A DNA stretch of 64,000 nucleotides, taken from the NCBI GenBank assembly GCA_963828735.1, contig CAWHFW010000005.1, positions 1,280,001 to 1,344,000 of the forward strand, in the 5' to 3' direction. Below, one piece after another: positions 46,800 to 56,636 of the stretch (its first letter is position 1; every line of letters begins with the position of its first letter). A program made the position numbers and the translations under genes. This DNA is from an uncultured Gemmatimonadales bacterium. Its GTDB lineage: Bacteria; Gemmatimonadota; Gemmatimonadetes; Gemmatimonadales; GWC2-71-9. Below the pieces are notes generated by a model. The model searched no databases and was not told the DNA's origin. It was given only the letters and a program-made list of their open reading frames with translations.

Positions 46800-48094
46800 T
46801 AGTCGCGCTCCAGTACGATGGCGTGACCCATGCCGCCCTGCGCGCAAATCGAGATGAGTCCGAACTGCACGTCGCGCCGAGCCATTTCATTCGCGAGCGT
46901 GGTCACGAGTCTCGCGCCGGTGGCGCCGAACGGATGCCCGATGGCGATGGACCCGCCCGCGACGTTGGTGCGCTCCCAATCCACCTCGCCCACGGGCCCC
47001 CGCAGCCCGAGACGCTCGGCCCATACGGGCGAGCTCCAGGCCTGCACGTTGCTGAGCACCTGCGCCGCGAAGGCCTCGTGAATCTCGACCAGTCCGAGGT
47101 CGTACCAGCCGATCGCGGCGCGCTCGAGCGCGCGCGGCACCGCGTACACCGGGCCCATGAGCAGCTGCCACCCCGGATCCACCGCCGAGGCGGCGTAGCT
47201 CCTGATGTACGCGAGGGGCCGGTAGCCGAGCGCCACGGCCTTGTCTTCGGCCATGAGCAGGACGGCCGCGGCGCCGTCCGTCAGGGGCGACGCGTTGCCC
47301 GCCGTCACCGAGCCGTACCGCCGGTCGAACACCGGCCGGAGCTGCGCCAGCGCCTCGAGCGAGGTATCGGCACGAATGCCGTTGTCGGCCGTGGTCACCT
47401 CGTCCCCGGCCTCGCCGCCGAACCACGGCGCGATTTCCCCGGTGAGGCGGCCGTCCTCGGTGGCCGCGGCTGCCCGCTGGTGGCTCTGGAGCGCGAAGCG
47501 GTCCTGGGCGTCGCGGCCGATGCCGTTCTCCTTGGCCATCTTCTCGGCCGACTGTCCCATCGTCTCGCCGGTGGACGGCTCGGCCACCGCGGGCGTCACG
47601 GGGACGAGGTCGCGCGGTCGCGTGCGGGCCAGCGCGCCGAGCCGCTTGCCCACGCTCTTCGCCTTGCCGGCCTCGACCAGGATTTGGCTGAAGCGACGCG
47701 AGTGGAGCACGGGGATATCGGAGAGGGATTCGACGCCGCCCGCGAGCACCACATCGGCGTGGCCCAGGGCGATCTGGTCGGCCGCATTGGTGATCGCCTG
47801 GGCAGCCGAGGCACAGGCGCGATTGAGCGAGTACGCCGGCACGTTGGCAAGGAGCTGCGGCAGGAGACTCACCTCGCGCGCCACGTTCGGCACGCGGACC
47901 GACGGCACCACCTGCCCGAAGATCACCTCGTCCACCTCGCGGCCGTCGAGCTCGCTCCGGACGAGCAGCTCGCGCGCGGCGTGGCGGGCGAGCGTCGTGG
48001 CGGAGACGTCGCGAAAGACGGTACCGCTCTTGGCGAACGGCGTGCGGAGGCCGCCGACGATGGCCACCCGCCGCCCGGGCCGGGAGTCGTGCAT
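46799..48094 (-). CDS. fadI: Acetyl-CoA C-acyltransferase (thiolase, FadI type)
   Basis: RTPF, NRACAS, EPSTGETMG, HEAFAAQ, GHPFGATG, ICAQGG. Confidence 0.93.
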   Translation of the reverse strand: MHDSRPGRRVAIVGGLRTPFAKSGTVFRDVSATTLARHAARELLVRSELDGREVDEVIFGQVVPSVRVPNVAREVSLLPQLLANVPAYSLNRACASAAQAITNAADQIALGHADVVLAGGVESLSDIPVLHSRRFSQILVEAGKAKSVGKRLGALARTRPRDLVPVTPAVAEPSTGETMGQSAEKMAKENGIGRDAQDRFALQSHQRAAAATEDGRLTGEIAPWFGGEAGDEVTTADNGIRADTSLEALAQLRPVFDRRYGSVTAGNASPLTDGAAAVLLMAEDKAVALGYRPLAYIRSYAASAVDPGWQLLMGPVYAVPRALERAAIGWYDLGLVEIHEAFAAQVLSNVQAWSSPVWAERLGLRGPVGEVDWERTNVAGGSIAIGHPFGATGARLVTTLANEMARRDVQFGLISICAQGGMGHAIVLERD

Positions 48095-48143
48095 GTCGAC
48101 CTATCGCTGAAGAGGGAGAAGCGTCACGACCGATGTGGTTGTA

Positions 48144-48692
48144 CTATTCACTCGCGACGGCCACCACGCTCGCCACGGCGCGCCAGCGCTCGGCGTCGAT
48201 TGGCTCGAGGACCTCGCGGCCGTGCAGGATCCGCAGCGGGGCCACCAACCGACTGAGCTCGCCCGGGTGCAGCAGGTGGTTCTCCGAAGCGGGCCCCCAG
48301 CCGAGCTCGCGCTGGCCGGTCAGAAACGACTCCATCATCAGCAGGCCGCTGGGCGCGACGAGATCGCGAATCTCGGGTATCCGTGCACGGTCAAGATAAT
48401 TGAACATCAGAACCGCATCAAAACGCCCGAGCTCGGGCCAGGCTCCCTCCAGGTCCACCACGCGCCACTCCACGCTGACCTCGTGGGTCGCGGCGAGCTC
48501 GCGCGCGGTGGCGAGTCTCGTCTCGTCGCGATCCACGCCGACCACGTCCGCGCCGAGCAGCGCGGCGGGGAGGCTGTGCCGCCCCTCTCCGCACGCGAGA
48601 TCGAGCACCCGCATCCCGGGCCGGATCCGATGAGCGTGCCAGAGAAACCAGGTGCTGGGACGGGAGAGGCGCGAAACGGGGGGCAGGCTCAC
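48144..48692 (-). CDS. Class I SAM-dependent methyltransferase (TehB-like)
   Basis: PSTW, RVLDLACGEGRH, VGVD, DLE, FNYLDR, LLHPGEL. Confidence 0.85.
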   Translation of the reverse strand: MSLPPVSRLSRPSTWFLWHAHRIRPGMRVLDLACGEGRHSLPAALLGADVVGVDRDETRLATARELAATHEVSVEWRVVDLEGAWPELGRFDAVLMFNYLDRARIPEIRDLVAPSGLLMMESFLTGQRELGWGPASENHLLHPGELSRLVAPLRILHGREVLEPIDAERWRAVASVVAVASE

Positions 48693-48707
48693 GGCGGTCG
48701 GTCCTCG

Positions 48708-50315
48708 GTGCGGGCCACGCTCGAGCAGCTCACGTCGCAACCCGCCGACCTGCTCGTCATCGGCGGCGGCATCACCGGGGCCGGCGTGGCACGCGACGCG
48801 GCCATGCGCGGGCTCCGGACCGTGCTCGTCGAGCAACACGACTTCGGCTCGGGGACCAGCTCGCGCTCCAGCCGGCTGGTGCACGGGGGTCTCCGCTATC
48901 TGGAGACCGGCGACCTCCGGCTCGTGCTCGAGGCCAATCGCGAGCGGCGCATCCTGCTGCGCATCGCGCCGCACTTGGTCTGGCCGCTTCCCTTCGTGTT
49001 CCCCCTGCACCGCGGGGACCGGATTCCCCTCTGGCGGCTGGCCGCGGGCATGTGGCTGTACGACGCCCTTGCCCTGTTTCGCAATGTGCGGATGCACCGC
49101 ATGCTCGGCAAGCGTGCCCTGCTCGAGGCGGAGCCGATGCTCCGGGAGCGCGGACTGCTCGGCGGAGCGCGCTTCTACGACGCGCAGTGCGACGACGCCC
49201 GGCTGACGCTCGCCACGATCCGCTCCGCCGTCCATCACGGGGCCCTGGTGGCGAACTATACCGCGGTCCGGGCGCTCGAGCGCACCGCCGGCCGCGTCGT
49301 CGGCGCGCAGCTGGAGGACCGGCTTAGCGGCGCCCGGGGCGTGCTTCGGGCGAGCGTCGTGGTGAACGCCACCGGCCCGTGGGCCGACCAGGTGCGGCTG
49401 CTCGAGGATTCCGGGGCGACGCCGCTGCTCCAGCCTACCAAGGGCGTGCACATCGTGGTGGACCGGAGCCGCGTCGATCACCGCGAAGCGATCGCGTTCA
49501 CCAGCCCGATCGACGGCCGCGTGCTGTTCATCCTGCCCTGGAACGATCTCTCGTACATCGGGACCACGGATACCGACACGACCGAGTCGCCCGATCAGCT
49601 CACCGTGTCCGATGACGATATCGTGTACCTGCTCCGGTCGGCCAACGCGCGTTTCCCCAACGCCCGGCTGAGACTCGAGGACGTGCGTGCCTCGTGGGCG
49701 GGCCTCCGGCCACTGCTGGCCGACAAGCAGCGGCGCGCGGAGTCGAACCGCTCGCGCGAGCATGCGATCGTCCACGGCTCCGGAGGGATGATCACCGTGG
49801 TCGGCGGCAAGCTCACGACCTACCGCGCCATGGCCACGGAAGTCGTCGATCGCGCGTCGCGGGAGCTCCGGTTCAAGGACGGCCAGCCGCGCCGGGAAGC
49901 GGTCCACACCGATGAAGAGGCCCTGCCAGGTGGGGAGGCCGCCGACCTGGCGCCGTTCCGCGAGCGCGGGCTCGAGCTCGGCGTCGCGCCGGAAAGCGTC
50001 GAGCATCTGCTCCGAAACTACGGCACCGAGGCCGCCGGGATCTACAATCTCGGCCTGGGCGAACGCCGCCTGCTCCGCCGGCTCGTGCCGCCGCATCCCG
50101 CCGTCGAGGCCGAAGTGGTACATGCGGTGCGGCGGGAAATGGCCCAGACCGTCGAGGATGTCATGGTGCGCCGCACGCACCTGTACTATGAGACGCGGGA
50201 TCGTGGCGTGGCTGGCGCGCGGCGGGTGGCGGAGTTGATGGCGCGCGAGCGGGGGTGGGACGAGGCGCGGGTCGTGGAAGAGGCGGCGAAATACACGGCG
50301 TTCGCGGGCGGGTGA
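48708..50315 (+). CDS. glpD: Aerobic glycerol-3-phosphate dehydrogenase
   Basis: IGGGITGAG, GTSSRSSRLVHGGLRYL, DDARL, NATGPW, KGVH, GTTD, AGLRPL, GGKLTTYR. Confidence 0.95.
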   Translation: MRATLEQLTSQPADLLVIGGGITGAGVARDAAMRGLRTVLVEQHDFGSGTSSRSSRLVHGGLRYLETGDLRLVLEANRERRILLRIAPHLVWPLPFVFPLHRGDRIPLWRLAAGMWLYDALALFRNVRMHRMLGKRALLEAEPMLRERGLLGGARFYDAQCDDARLTLATIRSAVHHGALVANYTAVRALERTAGRVVGAQLEDRLSGARGVLRASVVVNATGPWADQVRLLEDSGATPLLQPTKGVHIVVDRSRVDHREAIAFTSPIDGRVLFILPWNDLSYIGTTDTDTTESPDQLTVSDDDIVYLLRSANARFPNARLRLEDVRASWAGLRPLLADKQRRAESNRSREHAIVHGSGGMITVVGGKLTTYRAMATEVVDRASRELRFKDGQPRREAVHTDEEALPGGEAADLAPFRERGLELGVAPESVEHLLRNYGTEAAGIYNLGLGERRLLRRLVPPHPAVEAEVVHAVRREMAQTVEDVMVRRTHLYYETRDRGVAGARRVAELMARERGWDEARVVEEAAKYTAFAGG

Positions 50316-50332
50316 CGACGCACCCGCCCGCG
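50303..50332. terminator. GC hairpin at the glpD stop, between convergent genes
   Basis: CGCGGGCGGGTG-ACGACG-CACCCGCCCGCG perfect 12-bp stem. Confidence 0.6.
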
Positions 50333-50338
50333 CCGGGA

Positions 50339-51055
50339 TCAGGGCGCGACGGCCACCACGGTCACCGTGCCCGACATGCCGCCGCCGCCGGCCGACCCGT
50401 GGGCCTGACAGTGATAGTGGAAGACGCCGAGCGTATTGAACGTGTATGAGTAAGTACGCGGCCCGACGTTCAGCGGCCCGCTCGTCTGAGGGGTCGCTCC
50501 GTCGTCCGGGACGACATTGTGCGCGGCCACTTCATCGACCCACGTCCAGGTCACCGCAGTGCCCACGTTCACCGTGATGTCGGTCGGGCTGAAGCGGTTG
50601 GCTCCCCCGCCGGCGTCGCCGCTGATGACCTGCACCTGTGTCCCGGGCTGTGGGAGCCCCGAGATCGCCGTAGCGGTGAAGGTGACCGGTGAGCCGGTCG
50701 CGTCCTGGAGGATCGCCGTGGCCGTCTGAGGCCCGGGGGTGTCGCCGAGGGTCCAGGTGCTTCCCGCGACCCCATTGTCATCGGTCTGGGAGGTCGTCGG
50801 GTCCAGGCTCCCGTTCGCGGTGGACCAGGTGACTTCCACCTGCGGGACGGCTACGCCGTCCCGGGTCACGATCACCTTGAGACCATTCGGCAGCGCCTCA
50901 CCCACCACGCCGCTCTGCGCATCGCCGCTCTTGGTAGGCGTCTTGACGATGACCGCGGGCGACTGGCTGGGGCCGGAGTCGCCTCCGCCGCATCCTGCCA
51001 GGGCTGCTACCGCCGCCAGCGCGAGCGCCCTCTGTCCGTTCCACACGATCCGCAT
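50339..51055 (-). CDS. Lipoprotein with Ig-like domain and C-terminal cupredoxin
   Basis: AGGAGG RBS; LAGC lipobox; SGDAQSG..L.V.V Ig-like stalk; NRFSP, AHNV, YHCQAHG..GGGMSG. Confidence 0.85.
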   Translation of the reverse strand: MRIVWNGQRALALAAVAALAGCGGGDSGPSQSPAVIVKTPTKSGDAQSGVVGEALPNGLKVIVTRDGVAVPQVEVTWSTANGSLDPTTSQTDDNGVAGSTWTLGDTPGPQTATAILQDATGSPVTFTATAISGLPQPGTQVQVISGDAGGGANRFSPTDITVNVGTAVTWTWVDEVAAHNVVPDDGATPQTSGPLNVGPRTYSYTFNTLGVFHYHCQAHGSAGGGGMSGTVTVVAVAP

Positions 51056-51099
51056 GCCGCACCCTCCTGGTGAGTCGGATGAACCCCGCGTCCTGACCA

Positions 51100-51816
51100 T
51101 CACCTCAAGCATGAGGTTCCGCAAGACGACACAACGTTGATGGTGCCCGCCATGCCCACGCCGCCCGCCGCGCCATGGGCCATGCAGTGATAGTGGTAGA
51201 CCCCGGAGGCCTGGAATCGGAAGCTGTGGAACTTGGGATAGCCGACCAGCGGCCCGGACTGCGGCGGGGAGCCGCCATCGTCGGGAACGACGCTGTGTCC
51301 GTCGCTCCCTTCGGGCCAGAGCCAGTTGACGGTATCCCCCACCGCGATCGTGAGCTCCGCCGGGACGAATCGGTTGCCGTCGGGACCGACCAGCACCGTG
51401 TTGGGTGCGCGTGGGTCGGGGGTCGCGATCGCCGTGAACACCACGTCGGCGGGCGGGGTCGAATCGAGGGACGCGGACGCGACCTGCTGCGCGTACAGCC
51501 GCTGCAGTGTCCATCGGGCCATGCTCACGCCTTGAGCGTCCGTTGTAGGCGAGAGCGGGACGAGGGCCCCTTCCGCAGTTTGCCACACGACGGGGACGTC
51601 GGCCGCGGGCATGCTGTCCCGCGTGACGACGACGCGAAGGACGGCGGCCAGGGCGGCTCCCGCAACGCCCACCTGCTGATCGCCACTTTGTGTCTCGGCC
51701 TTCGCGATGGCCAACTCGGGCGGCTCGGGTGCGGTGCGCTCCCCGCCCCCGCATCCCGCCAGGGCGGCGAGCGTCAGCCACCCCGCCGTTCGATTCCCCG
51801 CTCGTGATCGGGTCAT
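51100..51816 (-). CDS. Lipoprotein with Ig-like domain and cupredoxin (tandem paralogue)
   Basis: LAGC lipobox; SGDQQVG; NRFVP, GHSV, YHCMAHG..GVGMAG. Confidence 0.85.
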   Translation of the reverse strand: MTRSRAGNRTAGWLTLAALAGCGGGERTAPEPPELAIAKAETQSGDQQVGVAGAALAAVLRVVVTRDSMPAADVPVVWQTAEGALVPLSPTTDAQGVSMARWTLQRLYAQQVASASLDSTPPADVVFTAIATPDPRAPNTVLVGPDGNRFVPAELTIAVGDTVNWLWPEGSDGHSVVPDDGGSPPQSGPLVGYPKFHSFRFQASGVYHYHCMAHGAAGGVGMAGTINVVSSCGTSCLR

Positions 51817-51965
51817 GTCCCGGAAGGGGACGTCCGGCCACCGTTCGCGTGGACGGCCGCGGCCTCGTCGTCCTGCCAACCCCGTATCGCTTTATTATCT
51901 TCCGTCACTCCACTTCAGGGTCCTCGGCCCCGCCGGCGGCCCCTTTCGTGTGCCCCCTCGTCGGG

Positions 51966-54900
51966 ATGGTGGAACTCGTGGATTTCAACGTGTTCGAGAC
52001 CGCGAACGCCGGGTTCGCCCAGGCGATGTACGAAGAATTCCTCCGGGATCCCGCGGCGGTCGGGCCCGAATGGCGGCGCCTGTTCGAGAGCGGCGTCGTC
52101 GGCGAGCGCCCGGACGGCAACGGGGTCTCGGCCTCGAAGCCGGCCAGCGAGCCCCGCCCCGCTGTCACGGCGGCCCTGGCGCCCGCCGCGCCGGCGCCGA
52201 GTGCGGCCCTCCCCGCGGGTTCATCGGCCATCAAGGGCCCCGCCGCCAAGCTCGTCGCCAACATGAACGAGAGCCTGACGGTCCCGACCGCCACGACGTT
52301 CAGGGTGCTGCCGGTCGGCGTGCTGGAGGATCGACGGCGCGCCTTCAATGCGGGACTGCAGGCCGCCGGGAAGTCGGGGAAGATCTCGTTCACGCATCTC
52401 ATCGCGTTCGCCCTCGTGCAGGCCACCAAGCAGCACCCCGTGATGGGACACACACTTGCGGTCCACGACGGCACGTCGTACCGCGTCGTGCCGGAGAGCA
52501 TCGCGCTCGGCCTGGCGGTGGACGTCCAGCGGAAGGATGGCAGCCGCGGCCTGGTGGTTCCCGTCATCAAGCGGGCCGACATGATGGACTTCGCGACCTT
52601 CCACGCGGCCTACGAGGCGCTGGTCGACAAGGCCCGCAGCAACCGGCTCATGCCGGACGACTTCGCCGGGGCCACGATGTCGCTGACCAATCCGGGCGGG
52701 CTGGGTACCGTGGCCTCGGTGCCCCGTCTCATGGCGGGCCAGGGCAGCATCATCGCCGTCGGGGCCATCGGGTATCCGGCCGAGTTTTCGGCGGTGCCCG
52801 AGGAGCGGCTCCGCGACTTTGGCGTGAGCAAGGTCATGACGGTCACGAGCACGTACGATCACCGCGTGATCCAGGGCGCCGAATCAGGGGCGTTCCTCGC
52901 GACGATGGATCGGCTGCTCCAGGGCGACCAGGGGTTCTACGACCTCATCGGCGAGAGCCTCGGCCTGGGCGAGGCGGGCTACCAGATCTCGCGGCCGGTC
53001 CCGACGGCGCAGCCGGGGCAGGAGGCCGCAGGACCGGTCGCGCCCGAGATGCTGTACCACGTGGCCGCGGCGATGGCGCTGGTGAAGGCCTTCCGCATGC
53101 ACGGGCACCTGGCTGCGCATCTCGACCCGCTCGGCACGCCGCCGATCGGTGATCCGGCACTCGACCCCGGCCCGCTCGGCCTTACTCCCGAGGTGATGGC
53201 GGCCATTCCCTCGAAGGTGCTGCGGATCGCGGTGCCCGGCCGCACCCTCGCCGAATCGCTGCCCTACCTGCAGGCCACCTACTGCGGCACGATGGCGTAC
53301 GAGATCGAGCACATCGCCACGCACGAGGAGCGCGTGTGGCTCCGCGAGAAGATCGAGAGCGGCGCCTACCGGAAGCCGATGGGCCCCGACGAACAGCGGG
53401 CGCTGCTCCAGCGACTCACGGAGGTGGAGACGCTCGAGAGGTTCCTGCACAAGGCCTACCTCGGGCAGAAGCGGTTCTCGATCGAAGGCGTGGACATGCT
53501 CGTGCCGATGCTCGACCTCACCATCGAGCGCGCCGCGGAGAGCGGCGCCCGCGACGTGGTGCTCGGCATGGCGCATCGTGGGCGGCTCAACGTTCTGGCC
53601 CATACCGTCGGGCGTCCGTATGAGACGATTTTCGCGGAGTTCGAGGGCGGACGGAACGTCGAGTCTGGCCAGCTCACGCCCGAAGGCGGCACCGGCGACG
53701 TGAAGTATCACCACGGCGCCGAGGGTGCCTACCGCACGGGCAAGAACAAGGCGATCACCGTCACCCTGTCCCCCAATCCGAGTCATCTGGAGTTCGTGGG
53801 ACCGGTCGTCGACGGGCGCGCTCGCGCCAAGCAGACGCAGCGCCGCGGGCGGGATGCCCATCACGATCCGACGGCGGCATTGCCGGTCATCATTCACGGC
53901 GACGCGGCATTCGCGGGCCAGGGGGTCGTGGCCGAGACGCTCAATCTCGGCGCGCTCAAGGGATACCGGACCGGTGGCACACTACACATCATCACCAACA
54001 ACCAGGTCGGCTTCACCACCGACATGGAGGATGCGCGCTCGACCCGCTACGCGTCCGACCTGGCGAAGGGGTTCGACATTCCGATCATCCACGTGAACGC
54101 CGACGACCCGGAGGCCTGCCTCAGCGCGGTCCGTCTCTCGATGGCCTATCGCGACCGTTTCCATCAGGACGTGCTGATCGACCTCGTAGGCTACCGTCGG
54201 CACGGACACAACGAGGGCGACGAGCCCGCCTACACCCAGCCGGTCATGTACGAGCGGATCAAGGCGCTGCCCAGTGTCCGGGACCACTACGCCCGCTCGC
54301 TCGTCGCGGGGAGCGTACTCACCCAGGAAGAGTCGGACCGCCAGGCCTCCGAGGCCTACCAGCGGCTGGTGGACATCCAGCAGGGCTTCAAGGCGAACCG
54401 TGCGACCCCGAGCGAGGCATCGCACAAGCTGTCCGGCGCCGGCGTCGAGGTGGACACCGCACTCGCCGCCGAGTTCCTGCTGGCGCTCAACGACCAGCTG
54501 CTCACCTGGCCCGAGGGGTTCACGGTCCACCCCAAGCTGCGCAAACAGCTCGAGCGCCGTCGCGCGGCGATGGGTCCGGAAGGCGGGATTGACTGGGCGC
54601 ACGCGGAGGCGCTGGCGCTGGCCTCGCTCCTCACCGAAGGCGTTCCCGTGCGGCTCACCGGCCAGGATACCGAGCGCGGCACCTTCAGCCAGCGGCACCT
54701 GGTCCTGCACGACGTGCAGACGGGCGCGCCGCTCGCGCCGCTCCAGCGCCTGCCGGGCGCGCTCGCGCCGTTCGAGCTGCACAACAGCCCGCTCAGCGAG
54801 CTGGCCACGCTCGGCTTCGAGTACGGCTACAGCGCGGCGGCCTCGGATGCGCTCGTGCTCTGGGAGGCGCAGTTCGGCGACTTCATCAACGGCGCGCAGG

Positions 54901-55670
54901 TCATCGTCGACCAGTTCCTCAGCGCCGGCCTGTCCAAGTGGGGGCTGACGACGCGGCTCACCCTGCTGTTGCCGCACGGCTATGAGGGCCAAGGTCCGGA
55001 GCACTCGAGCGCGCGGCTCGAACGGTTCCTGCAGCTCGCGGCGGAGGGGAACATCCGTGTCGCGAATCCGACGACTCCGGCGCAGTACTTTCACCTGCTC
55101 CGCCGGCAGGCTCGGCGGACGCGGCAGCGCCCGCTCGTCGTGATGACGCCCAAGAGCCTGCTGCGCCTGCCGCAGGCCGGTTCGCGGCTCGAGGACCTGG
55201 CGGAGGGCCGGTGGCATCCGGTGCTCGACGATCCCTGGGCCGCGAGCCACGCCGAGGATATCACACGGATCGTCCTGTGCACCGGCAAGGTGTACTACGA
55301 TCTGCTGGCGGAGGCCGAGAAGCTGAAGGAACGCCGGCCCGCGATCGTGCGGCTGGAGCAGCTTTATTCGTTCCCGTGGGCGGAGGCGCGAGCCGTCCTC
55401 GCGCGCTATCCCCGCCTCGCCGAGCTCATCTGGGTGCAGGAAGAGCCGCGCAACATGGGGGCCTGGTGGTACCTGGCCTCGAAGCTGGCCGAGGTCGCGC
55501 CCGAGGGCGCGGAGGTGGGCTACGTCGGACGCCCCGAGCGGGCCAGCCCCGCCGAAGGCTACCCGGCGGCCCACAGTGCGGAGCAAAACCGGATCATCCG
55601 CGAGGCGCTGGAGACCGGCCGGCGTCCAGAGGCGCCGCCGACCGCGGCGGTGGGAGAGTCGAAGAGCTGA
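51966..55670 (+). CDS. kgd: Multifunctional 2-oxoglutarate decarboxylase/dehydrogenase (E2 acyltransferase-E1o fusion, Kgd/OdhA type)
   Basis: MYEEFLRDP N-terminus; TSTYDHRVIQGAESG E2 catalytic motif; GQKRFSIEG, MAHRGRLN, GDVKYH, HGDAAFAGQG, WEAQFGDF, GPEHSSAR, QEEPRNMG. Confidence 0.95.
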   Translation: MVELVDFNVFETANAGFAQAMYEEFLRDPAAVGPEWRRLFESGVVGERPDGNGVSASKPASEPRPAVTAALAPAAPAPSAALPAGSSAIKGPAAKLVANMNESLTVPTATTFRVLPVGVLEDRRRAFNAGLQAAGKSGKISFTHLIAFALVQATKQHPVMGHTLAVHDGTSYRVVPESIALGLAVDVQRKDGSRGLVVPVIKRADMMDFATFHAAYEALVDKARSNRLMPDDFAGATMSLTNPGGLGTVASVPRLMAGQGSIIAVGAIGYPAEFSAVPEERLRDFGVSKVMTVTSTYDHRVIQGAESGAFLATMDRLLQGDQGFYDLIGESLGLGEAGYQISRPVPTAQPGQEAAGPVAPEMLYHVAAAMALVKAFRMHGHLAAHLDPLGTPPIGDPALDPGPLGLTPEVMAAIPSKVLRIAVPGRTLAESLPYLQATYCGTMAYEIEHIATHEERVWLREKIESGAYRKPMGPDEQRALLQRLTEVETLERFLHKAYLGQKRFSIEGVDMLVPMLDLTIERAAESGARDVVLGMAHRGRLNVLAHTVGRPYETIFAEFEGGRNVESGQLTPEGGTGDVKYHHGAEGAYRTGKNKAITVTLSPNPSHLEFVGPVVDGRARAKQTQRRGRDAHHDPTAALPVIIHGDAAFAGQGVVAETLNLGALKGYRTGGTLHIITNNQVGFTTDMEDARSTRYASDLAKGFDIPIIHVNADDPEACLSAVRLSMAYRDRFHQDVLIDLVGYRRHGHNEGDEPAYTQPVMYERIKALPSVRDHYARSLVAGSVLTQEESDRQASEAYQRLVDIQQGFKANRATPSEASHKLSGAGVEVDTALAAEFLLALNDQLLTWPEGFTVHPKLRKQLERRRAAMGPEGGIDWAHAEALALASLLTEGVPVRLTGQDTERGTFSQRHLVLHDVQTGAPLAPLQRLPGALAPFELHNSPLSELATLGFEYGYSAAASDALVLWEAQFGDFINGAQVIVDQFLSAGLSKWGLTTRLTLLLPHGYEGQGPEHSSARLERFLQLAAEGNIRVANPTTPAQYFHLLRRQARRTRQRPLVVMTPKSLLRLPQAGSRLEDLAEGRWHPVLDDPWAASHAEDITRIVLCTGKVYYDLLAEAEKLKERRPAIVRLEQLYSFPWAEARAVLARYPRLAELIWVQEEPRNMGAWWYLASKLAEVAPEGAEVGYVGRPERASPAEGYPAAHSAEQNRIIREALETGRRPEAPPTAAVGESKS

Positions 55671-55677
55671 ACCGCGC

Positions 55678-56175
55678 TCAGACCACGGCGTCGAGCAGCC
55701 GCAGCGCCCCGTCGGTCACGGTTCCGAAGGTCAGGTGGCCTGCCAGCCCGCGGGCGTTCGGCCGCCACGGAAAGGCTCGAGGTGCGCGGCCGAGACCGAG
55801 CGCAGGGACGACGCCTTCGTCGATCGCCGCCCAGAACACCGTCCCGAACCCGACACCCGCGGTGCGGCTGATTCCGGCCAACCGACGCCGGAGCACCGCG
55901 TACACCGCGCCCGAGCCGATCCCCAGCGCCCAATGGACGGCGGACCCGGGAGGCTCACGGTCCTTGCCACCCAGCGTTCGGCCGATGGCTCCCGCAGCCG
56001 TCTCGACGGCCGCGCCGTAGCCCGTTCCGGCACCCCGCACCTTGTCTGCCCGGCGCCCGACCCCACGTATGACCGCGGACATCTTGCCCATAATCCAAGT
56101 GGCCGCAGCGCCGGCGATCGCCCCCTTGATCAGGTCCTCTCCGATGCTGTGCCGCGCGAAACGCTCCCTTGCCAT
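55678..56175 (-). CDS. Membrane protein, DUF1440-like
   Basis: GGAGG RBS; GAIAGAAATWIM, VHWALG, DEGVVPALGL, GHLTFG. Confidence 0.7.
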   Translation of the reverse strand: MARERFARHSIGEDLIKGAIAGAAATWIMGKMSAVIRGVGRRADKVRGAGTGYGAAVETAAGAIGRTLGGKDREPPGSAVHWALGIGSGAVYAVLRRRLAGISRTAGVGFGTVFWAAIDEGVVPALGLGRAPRAFPWRPNARGLAGHLTFGTVTDGALRLLDAVV

Positions 56176-56269
56176 GTGCTGCCTCCGAAGATGAGGTGAC
56201 CGGCTCGCCTGGTTGAGGATCGCGTATGCAGGAGGTCCGTGTCTGTGACCTGCCCCCCCGAACGCAAGA

Positions 56270-56295
56270 AGGGGCGGCCTGGTCAGGCCGCCCCT
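56270..56295 (-). terminator. Intrinsic terminator downstream of the HNH gene
   Basis: AGGGGCGGCCT-GGTC-AGGCCGCCCCT stem, followed by TCTT on the minus strand. Confidence 0.7.
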
Positions 56296-56318
56296 CAGCG
56301 TTCCACCCGGTTCGCGGG

Positions 56319-56636
56319 TCAATCCTTCGGCAGCATGGGCCGTTCGGACGCTTGCTTGGCCAGCTCCTTCAGAGGGTCCGAGAGGTGATCTCCATAGTGG
56401 AGGAGGTACACACCCCGCGCGCGCTTCTGCATCAGGAAGGCGACCAGCGGCGTGTCCGCCTTGGCCGCGTTGCACTCCCTGCAGGCCAGGACCAGATTGT
56501 CCGGACGGTCGTAGGCGGTCTGCCCACGGCGGGGACGGACATGGTCCAGCGTGATCGTCTCGGCGGGTGTCTCGGTACCGCAGTAGGCGCAAACCGAACC
56601 GTGAAGTTCGAGGAGCCAATCGCGGTGGGACTGCAT
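56319..56636 (-). CDS. Small HNH endonuclease
   Basis: CAYC, TLDHVRPR, DNLVLACRECNAAKAD. Confidence 0.9.
   Translation of the reverse strand: MQSHRDWLLELHGSVCAYCGTETPAETITLDHVRPRRGQTAYDRPDNLVLACRECNAAKADTPLVAFLMQKRARGVYLLHYGDHLSDPLKELAKQASERPMLPKD

Noticed and set aside
48135..48707. 726-aa GlpD with an N-terminal extension, and the 678-aa minus-strand ORF 48144-50180
   Set aside because: Each extension is the antisense of the neighbouring real gene (methyltransferase or glpD)
56319..56636. HNH considered as IscB/Cas9-like or a group I intron/homing element
   Set aside because: Only 105 aa, no RuvC or PLMP motifs, not inside a host gene, no recognisable guide RNA or terminal repeats
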